Assembly (NCBI GenBank): GCA_040954595.2
Contig: CM082592.2
Coordinates: 11,379,912-11,443,911 of the forward strand
DNA length: 64,000 bases
Source of the DNA: Balanoglossus misakiensis
Taxonomy: Eukaryota; Animalia; Hemichordata
Direction: 5' to 3'
Below the pieces are notes generated by a model that searched no databases, was not told where the DNA came from, and worked only from the letters and a program-made list of their open reading frames with translations. Each line of letters opens with the position of its first letter. The first letter of the stretch is position 1. Shown here one piece after another: positions 15,001-40,600 of this stretch. Position numbers and translations under genes: made by a program.

Positions 15001-18000
15001 AGCTCAGGAAAATGTCGAAAAATCGAGGATTTTTCGACTTTGCGAATTTTCAAAATTTGGTCATTTTTTGAAAAAAACCAAGGGTTATAGCTCAGGAAAA
15101 TGTCGAAAAATCGAGGATTTTTCGACTTTGCGAATTTTCAAAATTTGGTCATTTTTTGAAAAAAACCATGGGTTATAGCTCAGGAAAATGTCGAAAAATC
15201 GAGGATTTTTCGACTTTGCGAATTTTCAAAATTTGGTCATTTTTTGAAAAAACCATGGGTTATAGCTCAGGAAAATGTCGAAAAATCGAGGATTTTTCGA
15301 CTTTGCGAATTTTCAAAATTTGGTAATTTTTTGAAAAAACCATGGGTTATAGCTCAGGAAAATGTCGAAAAATCGAGGATTTTTCGACTTTGCGAATTTT
15401 CAAAATTTGGTCATTTTTTGAAAAAACCATGGGTTATAGCTCAGGAAAATGTCGAAAAATCGAGGATTTTTCGACTTTGCGAATTTTCAAAAATTTGGTC
15501 ATTTTTTGAAAAAACCATGGGTTATAGCTCAGGAAAATCGTGAAAAATCGAGGATTTTTCGACTTTGCGAATTTTCAAAATTTGGTCATTTTTTGAAAAA
15601 AACCATGGGTTATAGCTCAGGAAAATGTCGAAAAATCGAGGATTTTTCGACTTTGCGAATTTTCAAAATTTGGTCATTTTTGAAAAAACCATGGGTTATA
15701 GCTCAGGAAAAATCGTGAAAAATCGAGGATTTTTCGACTTTGCGAATTTTCAAAATTTGGTCATTTTTTGAAAAAAACCATGGGTTATAGCTCAGGAAAA
15801 TGTCGAAAAATCGAGGATTTTTCGACTTTGCGAATTTTCAAAATTTGGTCATTTTTTGAAAAAAACCATGGGTTATAGCTCAGGAAAATGTCGAAAAATC
15901 GAGGATTTTTCGACTTTGCGAATTTTCAAAATTCGGTCATTTTTGAAAAAAACCATGGGTTATAGCTCAGGAAAATGTCGAAAAATCGAGGATTTTTCGA
16001 CTTTGCGAATTTTCAAAATTTGGTCATTTTTTGAAAAAACCATGGGTTATAGCTCAGGAAAATGTCGAAAAATCGAGGATTTTTCGACTTTGCGAATTTT
16101 CAAAATTTGGTCATTTTTTGAAAAAACCATGGGTTATAGCTCAGGAAAATGTCGAAAAATCGAGGATTTTTCGACTTTGCGAATTTTCAAAATTTGGTCA
16201 TTTTTTGAAAAACCATGGGTTATAGCTCAGGAAAATCGTGAAAAATCGAGGATTTTTCGACTTTGCGAATTTTCAAAATTTGGTCATTTTTGAAAAAAAC
16301 CATGGGTTATAGCTCAGGAAAATCGTGAAAAATCGAGGATTTTTCGACTTTGCGAATTTTCAAAATTTGGTCATTTTTTGAAAAAACCATGGGTTATAGC
16401 TCAGGAAAATCGTGAAAAATCGAGGATTTTTCGACTTTGCGAATTTTCAAAATTTGGTCATTTTTTGAAAAAACCATGGGTTATAGCTCAGGAAAATGTC
16501 GAAAAATCGAGGATTTTTCGACTTTGCGAATTTTCAAAATTTGGTCATTTTTTGAAAAAACCATGGGTTATAGCTCAGGAAAATGTCGAAAAATCGAGGA
16601 TTTTTCGACTTTGCGAATTTTCAAAATTTGGTCATTTTTTGAAAAAACCATGGGTTATAGCTCAGGAAAATGTCGAAAAATCGAGGATTTTTCGACTTTG
16701 CGAATTTTCAAAATTTGGTCATTTTTTGAAAAAACCATGGGTTATAGCTCAGGAAAATGTCGAAAAATCGAGGATTTTTCGACTTTGCGAATTTTCAAAA
16801 TTTGGTCATTTTTTGAAAAAACCATGGGTTATAGCTCAGGAAAATGTCGAAAAATCGAGGATTTTTCGACTTTGCGAATTTTCAAAATTTGGTCATTTTT
16901 TGAAAAAACCATGGGTTATAGCTCAGGAAAATCGTGAAAAATCGAGGATTTTTCGACTTTGCGAATTTTCAAAATTTGGTCATTTTTTGAAAAAACCATG
17001 GGTTATAGCTCAGGAAAATGTCGAAAAATCGAGGATTTTTCGACTTTGCGAATTTTCAAAATTTGGTCATTTTTTGAAAAAACCATGGGTTATAGCTCAG
17101 GAAAATGTCGAAAAATCGAGGATTTTTCGACTTTGCGAATTTTCAAAATTTGGTCATTTTTTGAAAAAAACATGGGTTATAGCTCAGGAAAATGTCGAAA
17201 AATCGAGGATTTTCGACTTTGCGAATTTTCAAAATTTGGTCATTTTTTGAAAAAACCATGGGTTATAGCTCAGGAAAATGTCGAAAAATCGAGGATTTTT
17301 CGACTTTGCGAATTTTCAAAATTTGGTCATTTTTTGAAAAAACCATGGGTTATAGCTCAGGAAAATGTCGAAAAATCGAGGATTTTTCGACTTTGCGAAT
17401 TTTCAAAATTTGGTCATTTTTTGAAAAAACCATGGGTTATAGCTCAGGAAAATGTCGAAAAATCGAGGATTTTTCGACTTTGCGAATTTTCAAAATTTGG
17501 TCATTTTTGAAAAAACCATGGGTTATAGCTCAGGAAAATGTCGAAAAATCGAGGATTTTTCGACTTTGCGAATTTTCAAAATTTGGTCATTTTTTGAAAA
17601 AACCATGGGTTATAGCTCAGGAAAATGTCGAAAAATCGAGGATTTTTCGACTTTGCGAATTTTCAAAATTTGGTCATTTTTTGAAAAAACCATGGGTTAT
17701 AGCTCAGGAAAATGTCGAAAAATCGAGGATTTTTCGACTTTGCGAATTTTCAAAATTTGGTCATTTTTTGAAAAAACCATGGGTTATAGCTCAGGAAAAT
17801 GTCGAAAAATCGAGGATTTTTCGACTTTGCGAATTTTCAAAATTTGGTCATTTTTTGAAAAAACCATGGGTTATAGCTCAGGAAAATGTCGAAAAATCGA
17901 GGATTTTTCGACTTTGCGAATTTTCAAAATTTGGTCATTTTTTGAAAAAAACCATGGGTTATAGCTCAGGAAAATGTCGAAAAATCGAGGATTTTTCGAC

Positions 18001-21000
18001 TTTGCGAATTTTCAAAATTTGGTCATTTTTTGAAAAAACCATGGGTTATAGCTCAGGAAAATCGTGAAAAATCGAGGATTTTTCGACTTTGCGAATTTTC
18101 AAAATTTGGTCATTTTTTGAAAAAACCAGCTCAGGAAAATCGTGAAAAATCGAGGATTTTTCGACTTTGCGAATTTTCAAAATTTGGTCATTTTTTGAAA
18201 AAACCATGGGTTATAGCTCAGGAAAATGTCGAAAAATCGAGGATTTTTCGACTTTGCGAATTTTCAAAATTTGGTCATTTTTTGAAAAAACCATGGGTTA
18301 TAGCTCAGGAAAATGTCGAAAAATCGAGGATTTTTCGACTTTGCGAATTTTCAAAATTTGGTCATTTTTTGAAAAAACCATGGGTTATAGCTCAGGAAAA
18401 TGTCGAAAAATCGAGGATTTTTCGACTTTGCGAATTTTCAAAATTTGGTCATTTTTTGAAAAAACCATGGGTTATAGCTCAGGAAAATGTCGAAAAATCG
18501 AGGATTTTTCGACTTTGCGAATTTTCAAAATTTGGTCATTTTTTGAAAAAACCATGGGTTATAGCTCAGGAAAATCGTGAAAAACCGAGGATTTTTCGAC
18601 TTTGCGAATTTTCAAAATTTGGTCATTTTTTGAAAAAACCATGGGTTATAGCTCAGGAAAATGTCGAAAAATCGAGGATTTTTCGACTTTGCGAATTTTC
18701 AAAATTTGGTCATTTTTTGAAAAAACCATGGGTTATAGCTCAGGAAAATGTCGAAAAATCGAGGATTTTTCGACTTTGCGAATTTTCAAAATTTGGTCAT
18801 TTTTTGAAAAAACCATGGGTTATAGCTCAGGAAAATGTCGAAAAATCGAGGATTTTTCGACTTTGCGAATTTTCAAAATTTGGTCATTTTTTGAAAAAAC
18901 CATGGGTTATAGCTCAGGAAAATGTCGAAAAATCGAGGATTTTTCGACTTTGCGAATTTTCAAAATTTGGTCATTTTTTGAAAAAACCATGGGTTATAGC
19001 TCAGGAAAATGTCGAAAAATCGAGGATTTTTCGACTTTGCGAATTTTCAAAATTTGGTCATTTTTTGAAAAAACCATGGGTTATAGCTCAGGAAAATGTC
19101 GAAAAATCGAGGATTTTTCGACTTTGCGAATTTTCAAAATTTGGTCATTTTTTGAAAAAACCATGGGTTATAGCTCAGGAAAATGTCGAAAAATCGAGGA
19201 TTTTTCGACTTTGCGAATTTTCAAAATTTGGTCATTTTTTGAAAAAACCATGGGTTATAGCTCAGGAAAATGTCGAAAAATCGAGGATTTTTCGACTTTG
19301 CGAATTTTCAAAATTTGGTCATTTTTTGAAAAAACCATGGGTTATAGCTCAGGAAAATCGTGAAAAATCGAGGATTTTTCGACTTTGCGAATTTTCAAAA
19401 TTTGGTCATTTTTTGAAAAAACCATGGGTTATAGCTCAGGAAAATGTCGAAAAATCGAGGATTTTTCGACTTTGCGAATTTTCAAAATTTGGTCATTTTT
19501 TGAAAAAACCATGGGTTATAGCTCAGGAAAATGTCGAAAAATCGAGGATTTTTCGACTTTGCGAATTTTCAAAATTTGGTCATTTTTTGAAAAAAACCAT
19601 GGGTTATAGCTCAGGAAAATGTCGAAAAATCGAGGATTTTTCGACTTTGCGAATTTTCAAAATTTGGTCATTTTTTGAAAAAACCATGGGTTATAGCTCA
19701 GGAAAATCGTGAAAAATCGAGGATTTTTCGACTTTGCGAATTTTCAAAATTTGGTCATTTTTTGAAAAAACCATGGGTTATAGCTCAGGAAAATCGTGAA
19801 AAATCGAGGATTTTTCGACTTTGCGAATTTTCAAAATTTGGTAATTTTTTGAAAAAACCATGGGTTATAGCTCAGGAAAATGTCGAAAAATCGAGGATTT
19901 TTCGACTTTGCGAATTTTCAAAATTTGGTCATTTTTTGAAAAAACCATGGGTTATAGCTCAGGAAAATGTCGAAAAATCGAGGATTTTTCGACTTTGCGA
20001 ATTTTCAAAATTTGGTCATTTTTTGAAAAAACCATGGGTTATAGCTCAGGAAAATGTCGAAACATCGAGGATTTTTCGACTTTGCGAATTTTCAAAATTT
20101 GGTCATTTTTTGAAAAAACCATGGGTTATAGCTCAGGAAAATGTCGAAAAATCGAGGATTTTTCGACTTTGCGAATTTTCAAAATTTGGTCATTTTTTGA
20201 AAAAACCATGGGTTATAGCTCAGGAAAATGTCGAAAAATCGAGGATTTTTCGACTTTGCGAATTTTCAAAATTTGGTCATTTTTTGAAAAAACCATGGGT
20301 TATAGCTCAGGAAAATCGTGAAAAACCGAGGATTTTTCGACTTTGCGAATTTTCAAAATTTGGTCATTTTTTGAAAAAACCATGGGTTATAGCTCAGGAA
20401 AATCGTGAAAAATCGAGGATTTTTCGACTTTGCGAATTTTCAAAATTTGGTCATTTTTTGAAAAAACCATGGGTTATAGCTCAGGAAAATCGTGAAAAAT
20501 CGAGGATTTTTCGACTTTGCGAATTTTCAAAATTTGGTCATTTTTTGAAAAAACCATGGGTTATAGCTCAGGAAAATCGTGAAAAATCGAGGATTTTTCG
20601 ACTTTGCGAATTTTCAAAATTTGGTCATTTTTTGAAAAAAACCATGGGTTATAGCTCAGGAAAATGTCGAAAAATCGAGGATTTTTCGACTTTGCGAATT
20701 TTCAAAATTTGGTCATTTTTTGAAAAAAACCATGGGTTATAGCTCAGGAAAATGTCGAAAAATCGAGGATTTTTCGACTTTGCGAATTTTCAAAATTTGG
20801 TCATTTTTTGAAAAAAACCATGGGTTATAGCTCAGGAAAATCGTGAAAAATCGAGGATTTTTCGACTTTGCGAATTTTCAAAATTTGGTCATTTTTTGAA
20901 AAAACCATGGGTTATAGCTCAGGAAAATCGTGAAAAATCGAGGATTTTTCGACTTTGCGAATTTTCAAAATTTGGTCATTTTTTGAAAAAACCATGGGTT

Positions 21001-21311
21001 ATAGCTCAGGAAAATCGTGAAAAATCGAGGATTTTTCGACTTTGCGAATTTTCAAAATTTGGTCATTTTTTGAAAAAACCATGGGTTATAGCTCAGGAAA
21101 ATCGTGAAAAATCGAGGATTTTTCGACTTTGCGAATTTTCAAAATTTGGTCATTTTTTGAAAAAACCATGGGTTATAGCTCAGGAAAATCGTGAAAAATC
21201 GAGGATTTTTCGACTTTGCGAATTTTCAAAATTTGGTCATTTTTTGAAAAAACCTTGGGTTATAGCTCAGGAAAATGTCGAAAAATGACAATTTTTCAAC
21301 TTTTCAAAATT
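1..21311. repeat. 87-bp satellite DNA tandem array (~244 copies), runs off the left edge
   Basis: Head-to-tail monomer CCATGGGTTATAGCTCAGGAAAATGTCGAAAAATCGAGGATTTTTCGACTTTGCGAATTTTCAAAATTTGGTCATTTTTTGAAAAAA (87 nt). Differences are mostly homopolymer length plus a few recurrent variants. The last monomer is degenerate (GTCGAAAAATGACAATTTTTCAACTTTTCAAAAT), then unique sequence begins. Confidence 0.99.
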
Positions 21312-21393
21312 ACACAAATGCCTTGTTGGGGCCGCTGGTCAGTCCTTTGAATCAAAAATGCATTTTAACCTCACTGGAATGTACATTACTATT

Positions 21394-21449
21394 TTTATTG
21401 ATACATAATAATTACAAGTGAACAAAAGTAAATCATAATTTCTTTTATT
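21394..21449 (-). terminator. Candidate AATAAA polyadenylation signals of LIMK
   Basis: TTTATT on + at 21394-21399 and 21444-21449, about 0.85 kb past the LIMK stop. The region is AT-rich, so chance matches are possible. Confidence 0.4.
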
Positions 21450-22274
21450 TATAATTATGTAGGAATAATGCCCCATCACATAGGAAGGGCTGTAGTGTGT
21501 ATGTAATGGTCAAATAGCCATCTCACATAACATTTAAAGGATAAAAATAAATTCTATGCTATTTAAAATATAATGTCTGACGTAAATATCTTAAAGCTAA
21601 ATATATTTTCCAGCTGCTTTTATTTCATTCTTCTTTGCTTTTCAAAATCTTTCTTGTAAACTCATAATAATTTCATGCTTGACAAAAATGTAATTCAATA
21701 TTTATTAGAGAAAGGAATGTGATTTTTTGTAGGAAATTATTTTCACATATCCTGGCACATTTCATTCATTTCTGTACATTATTATTATTACAGAACTACA
21801 AACACAAGAACACTTTATCAGTATGAAAGTTTATCACTTGGAATGCTGTCCCTAACTTTCATTAAAACAACTTGGTTGGTGAGTTTGTGATATGTGTTTC
21901 ATATGAATAGCCGTCTTTTCTTTTCAAAAATAAAGAGCAATCTTCCTTCACAACACTACATGTCATGTTGTACCAACCGCAACACCTATTTCCTTTGGCT
22001 CAGCGTCTTCAGTTCAATGGCTGCAGCAAAAATCTTTGGATAAATCTGCAGAATTCAGAAGTAAATGTCACAACATGTTGCTTCTCAGTGTCCACTCAAC
22101 AGAATCCATTGTTCATTTTTCACAGCCATTGGCATCAAAATTCTATAAAATATATTCTGTCCTTTGATGCCCGAAAAATAAATTCCTTTGGTTTCACTCT
22201 GACAATCCTCAAACTACCCCTACATTTGATAATATTGCAGTCTGTCACTTGCAGTATCCACTCAGTGTGACGGA

Positions 22275-34207
<11,933 letters not shown>

Positions 34208-34814
34208 GCTCCATCAATGTTGTGTCTTCCGCCTCTTCAGTCTTGTGTTTGATAACTGGATCAAACATGCGCACTAGCGTCCTACTTCCTTTCTTCTTGT
34301 TCTCAATCTCGACTATAACACTGTGTGGCGCACTTCTCGGAATAAACATGCATCACCAGTGAATGATCATGAAAATGTGAGGATTTTAAGCAGGATACAT
34401 GTTTCCAGACTGTCGTTTAGAAGCTATATTAAACATTGGACACAAATGTTACATTATCAAAGTTTCAGAGGATTTTGATCACTGTGTTGGAATATATAGT
34501 ACATTTTCTGAACATGAATTCGTCTTTTGGACAATCCCAAAATATTACCGACTTGATTTCAGCGTGCCAAAATGTTAATATCTACCTGTAATATTAGATC
34601 AACATTTTACAATTAATCATTCATAAGTGAGATGGGGAAATATTGAGGGAAAATTCTATGATTTATGTAAAACACCCAGAATAAGGTTTTTCATTCTACC
34701 GAAATTAATATTTTGGCAAAATTAGCAGAAATTTGGATCATTGATTACGTCAACCCTGCAAGTTGATTGCATGTAGTCAGAGGACAAAATACAGAATTCA
34801 GAGAAAGATATACC

Positions 34815-34820
34815 TTTATT
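34815..34820 (-). terminator. Candidate AATAAA poly(A) signal of the SLC5 gene (~2.8-kb 3' UTR)
   Basis: TTTATT on + at 34815-34820, between the SLC5 stop (37663) and the LIMK start (34207). Confidence 0.4.
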
Positions 34821-37662
34821 AGTCAAAATAACCAATTCATAAAACATTTCATATTGATATTAAAGTGATTTTTTTTCACAGCAAAGAAAGTCCCTGTTCG
34901 GGATCCCTGAGACAGAATGCAGCTTGTCATGGTCGTCGACAGGCTGAGGTACGCCCTCACTGTTTGACAATTGGGTTCTTTTGTTTAAAATTTTAAACTT
35001 CAACACAAGTCGCTGACAGCACTTTCTGTTCTGAAACGATGATATAAATCTGATATAATGACGGATATATGGCACTGAAAACAACTGATCTTGACATTTG
35101 CTTCAATGCAAAATCCATGGCAAACATCACAAAAGCAAAGTCTACACTGAGTTACATCATAATGCCAAAAACCATGGTGTGATTGCTTTCATCGCATGTC
35201 ACAGAAAGTATTTTTCCGGAAATTGAATGAAAAATATTGACAATAGAGAAATCAGTACTAAAATTGTAACTTACAACATCAGCATGTACTTCAATACAGC
35301 TTACTATGCACATGTTTCGATCACTATGCTGTTAGAGTCTTACTGGTTGTGCTACAATCCCAGAGAAATGTTTCTTGAGTCTCGAAATCTACTGCAGAAC
35401 AAAGCAATTACAAACAACATACTTTTCACAGCGACAAAGCCAAGTAAAATGATAATCTCATAGCACCTGTACGTTTGGCATAATTGAAATACAATTATTT
35501 TGATGGAGCATGGCAATATTCCGAGTTGTCATTTATCACAAAAGGACTATTCATGTGATTTCAAGCCTAACTGCAGCATATTGTAGTTTCATCTGCCTGC
35601 AGTTGTTACCAATGACGATAGTCCCTGTTGAATTTTTTCTATTGAATTATTTTTGTTACTCAAACAGTGGAAACATTATAAAAGACAACACAGGCATGTA
35701 TTGTCACAAAGATAACTGCACTCCCTTAAGCAGACATATTTCATTCTATTCTCAGGCTTTGCTTACTAGTATTTTTTCCCTCACCATATAAAATACATAA
35801 CAGTAAAAAATATTTAGTAGCAAACTCTCAACCACACCATATTTTGTGAAAATCACATAAAAACGAATAAAGAGGCTGGTAAAATAGCAAGTCGGAAATG
35901 GAAGCTTGTTCAAAGATGGAAAACCAAGACCACTTCACGACATCTTTCCCACAAAAAGCATATTTTACCAAATCCACGGAAAACTTCCTCCTTTCTCACC
36001 ACTGTATTGGTATCAATTTCTACCAGGATATAATTTAACTTTTCTTATGTTGGCAGGGAAACAACAAAGTCTATGATAATGTTACTCATTCAATTAGATC
36101 TAATAACTGGTTTATCTACATGACTTGAAAGCCTAAAACAATGTACTGCAGCTACACATTCAAATGCACAACAAATAAAAGAATTCAAAGCAATATATAA
36201 ATCCTAATAATGCAAGCAACATGCACAATGCCTTTTGACCACAAATTTACACTTACAATATTTTGATGGACCAAACAACATCATAAAATCAAGAAAATAA
36301 AATCAATGTTCAATAGTTGCAAGCACTATTAACACCATCATTTTACAAGCATCATATTCTAACCATCTATTTACACCACTAAGATGGCCAACAGTTTTCA
36401 CCATTACCATTAATATCAGTTTAAAAATTTTGACAAATATAGCAATTTGAAGTCCAAGATTCTAAACAATATTCTGTTTAATCCAGTACCCAATCTACAA
36501 TGGTATATACACATTTCCTTCTAAAGGGGAACCGTAAAAACTGAATGCACATGGCAGATAGATTCCAAAGTCCGGTCCCTACAGACTTTGCTTGAGACAG
36601 GCCTCACTTCCTCAAACCTAGCTTTCTGGAACCTTTCCATCCAACTACTGACATAGCTACATATTCAAGAGAAAATAAACTGACTGAACCACTTTCTAGT
36701 AGTCAGGGAAGTCAGTATATCAGTATACTAAACAAAACAATTAAAATTTAAATTAAAACTCATTTTTGACATCATCATTTTCAACATTTGAAAATAACTA
36801 CAGCTGCAGATTTCTGAGAAAGTATGACACAGTTCTATATCTGCGTCAATTTGCATTGTTTTCGTTCCAGAATGCATTGCTGAGACAGTACTGTCAGCTG
36901 TTGTCATTAGAACAATTTTTTTCTTTTTTAAAACACTTGACATGTTTCTTCTTTTTTTTTTTTACAAATCTGACTTCTTATGTCAGATTTGCTTGTAACT
37001 ACCCAAATTTAGTATAATTTAGCCATTTTTCAAAGGAATGAACATCACTACCAGTCCTCTCACAGCACTGGGAATGATTCCAATTGAACATAGGGCTACC
37101 CACAACCAACACTTCCCTAAAATATGACACAATTTCAAAGATAACTTGTTCTGACGGTGATAAAGCATCATAAACAAAGCTGCATCTTTTACACATCACA
37201 TCTACAACACAGGAATCTTCAAACACTGCTGCCTTTTCAAAACTTCCAACGAGTGTGGCCTATTTATCCAAGACAGGTTCTCCTTGCATTGCCCTTCCCG
37301 ACATCACAACCACAGAATTTCTTCATCACAGTTTGAATTTACAATCGTAATCATTAGTTGCAGACATCCAACATTTTTTCTATCCCATTTGCTTTTTGCA
37401 AAACTTTACTCTATAAATTTGATCTCACTTTCCTTCTTTTCTAGATTTACATATAAAAGATTTGAAGGAGAAAGAAAACCCGAAGAAAAAAAACTGAAGG
37501 TGTTAAGAATTTTGTTACCTGCATGACCTTTGACTCCACACCCCTAAATATTAATAGTATTTTGCGCATAATTCTATTCTTATGGGGAATTCTGTGTAAT
37601 ACAATTGTGACTGACCCAGTTGAAAAGAATATCAGACAACATCAGGTGGAACCAGGTGTTTT

Positions 37663-40600
37663 CTAAAAGAAAAATCCCCACAAGAAAACACTGACACCAA
37701 ACATAGTGATTGCACTGATGTTCAACACAAGCTCGTACTTGGAGTTTGTCGCTCGTATATCAGGCATTTCCCGTGCCTTCCTCTCTTCTTCAGTCATTTC
37801 TCTCTGCTGTGTGCTGCCACACATGATGTCCATGCATTTGGCTGATGTGGACTTCTCTTCATCTGCAGAAGAAAAGAATGAATGAATAAATGAATGAATG
37901 AATGCCATCAATCAATATCTGGATGACAAAATAGAGGAGTAAATTGTTAATGTTAATAACAAAAAAAGAATCCATAAATTCCAGCAAAATAGTTGTACCG
38001 GTACATTATACTTACTGACAACTTGAACTTTCACTCCTTCCACGTTGGCTGCATGAAACAAAGGATGATGGGATTGAAAGTGTTAGTAATGTACATGCAT
38101 GATGGGTAATATGACACATTCCATTATTATGAAAGAGCTAGTGTGAGGTTTTCCATGGAAAGATAATTGTATTCTCCTGTAGGTCATTCATGGCAAAAGC
38201 ACATAATGGGATCAACTTCCATAAAGAAAGATATAAGTATTGACATGTTGATGGTTCAAATATCGCGAACATTGAGATCTAAGCGTTATTTCCCTTGGCC
38301 ATGCAATGATAGATGTAGGATTGGAAACACAGCTGTGAGTGAGGGAGGCAGGGTGTTCTACAGCCGTGCAGAGAGAGAGCGTATATATATACTCACTTTC
38401 ATCAATCTGCATCTTCTTTTCTTCCTCCTCTTCATTCTCCATTTCAGCGATGGAATCATCTTCTCTTTCAGCACGACTGTAGCGTGTGTCAAAGGTCAAA
38501 CGTACAAGCTGAAAGTGACAAGGTTTAACAGCATTATAGTGTCTCCGTGACTTCCCCAAAGTCATTCCCAGATGTCATTTCCACAAATATACCGATACCC
38601 CTATAAATTAGTCTAAATGAATCAACTTACCTTATCCCGTGGTAATGGTTCAGTAAGCAAACTGATGATGACAGTTGCAATCAGGACAAACAAAAACAAG
38701 AAGATGCCAAAATACAAGAAATGGAAATTCTTGATGATAGGGATACGTGTGTCTTCTTCTCCGCACGCAGGACCTTGATAAACAAAATCCAAAACCAGAC
38801 GAACCATGCCAACCAGCAGCCCAAGCATTAGTCCCCAGAATGCACCCTGTTGACAAAAACAAAACAAAATATTAATTTAAAAAATTATCTTGCCTGTAGC
38901 ATTGACCAATTTGTGCTATAGTGTTTTGTTCCACTGCAAACTGTAACATTTTATCTGTCAATAAGAACCCATAATTCTCTCAACACAGACATACAAATGT
39001 TCGTTTTTCATGTCATTTTTTATCTCCTATTCCTGACTCTCTTTTATGGTTAATTTCACAACTTTGCAAGGACATGCAGTGTGATAATTGCTGCACTCAC
39101 TGCTTTTAAAAATAGTCAAGAAGATGTGTTAATTGAGTGTTCTGAGTCACACTATGAGTACTGGTATAATAATGATCCATTAATGAATCAATAATTTTTT
39201 TTCTTCCCCCTCCCCACCTCACTGGAAAATCCCAGTGGGTTTTCAAGACGTCATTCACTCTTCACACCTGTAAGACCACCAGGCCGATTTTAAAGTTAGA
39301 AATATCAGCCCATTAATTTGTGTGTATGTTCGTGTGTGTTGAGTTGTGATCCACACATTGTTTATTGGCCAACAGATGTGAGATGGGTCTCCCTACAGTG
39401 GGTGACAATCACACCATTCTAGCAAGTGGTGGTACACGCGTCATTATAACTATTAAAATAGCTACATTGCCATATCACCTTTTGGCCTACAGATTTGAAA
39501 ACAACTTAATTGGCCGGCAATTAGACTAATATATTACTTTCCCTGTTGTAGAACCCCTCACCCCACCACTGGACCAGTCGTACATCCTATGACACACACC
39601 CTGCAACAACACACCCCTTGACATTACCTGTTCATTGATTCTCCACCAGGCTACAGCCAAGATGTAGACAGCGCAGATTGGTGGGGCCAAGTAACTTGTG
39701 ATGGACTGGATGTAATCAAACAGACGACCGCCCTGAGCAGCTTGAATGATTGGCACCCACAAGATACTAATTCCAACCAGGAACAGTACAAATACTCTGT
39801 CAAAGAAACAAAACATACATTTTGGAATATGCTTTTTTCCACTTTTCATTTTCACAAAGAGTTAGGAAAGGCCTTAAGCTTATTGCCATGGACCTACACT
39901 TCACTGATTATGACATCCACAACACTTTTTCTAGACACAGGATTATGTCTGTAACACATACCTGCCGACAATTAAGAGTTCTCTCTCATGAGCATGTTTG
40001 CGAATTCTTCTGTAAATATCCACAGTGAAGATAGTACTGCTGCTGTTGAAAATGGACGTCAGGGAACTCACGAGGGCAGACATCATTACAGCCATCATCA
40101 ACCCACGCAAGCCTATAATTCAGATGATAAAATAATTGGTGAGATGAACGTCAAATTTATCTGTTATCAATGAAACTTAGAGACAAAGAAAGCTTCAAAT
40201 ATTTCTGTTTGACACACGGTGGGGGAAAATATCTCACCTTCAGGCATGAGATTGAGCACCAGCTTTGGATAGGCGATGTTTGTACATCCGACTTTGTTAC
40301 CACACACTCGCATACAGGTGATGGGATCAGCACATGCAACCTCATCTGTAGAAAGTAAAAAAAGTAGAATAGACATTTTAACACTTTGACAGCAAAAGAA
40401 ATCATTCCTGTCAGTCAGTCAAAAAATATTACATTCTTAATAACAATTCTTGACATATTAAAACTCAGTACACAAAGCAACAGTACAGTTGACTGCATAC
40501 AACATCACAATTGCCTATAATTATGGGAAATCAACATGTGTTGGAAATCCGACAATACTTTGAGCAAATTTCACTCTTAAAGAACAAACAATGGTATATG

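Noticed and set aside
27-21288. Dozens of repetitive ORFs up to 560 aa (KKPWVIAQENVEK.../MGYSSGKCRK...)
   Set aside because: The 87-bp unit is a multiple of 3 with two stop-free frames. Frequent homopolymer indels swap frames freely, so there is no sign of coding constraint.
1-21311. CRISPR array or CENP-B box interpretation of the repeat
   Set aside because: There are no unique spacers or cas genes, and the context is eukaryotic. TTCG-N6-CGAA and TCG-N6-CGAGG do not fit the TTCG-N4-A-N2-CGGG box.
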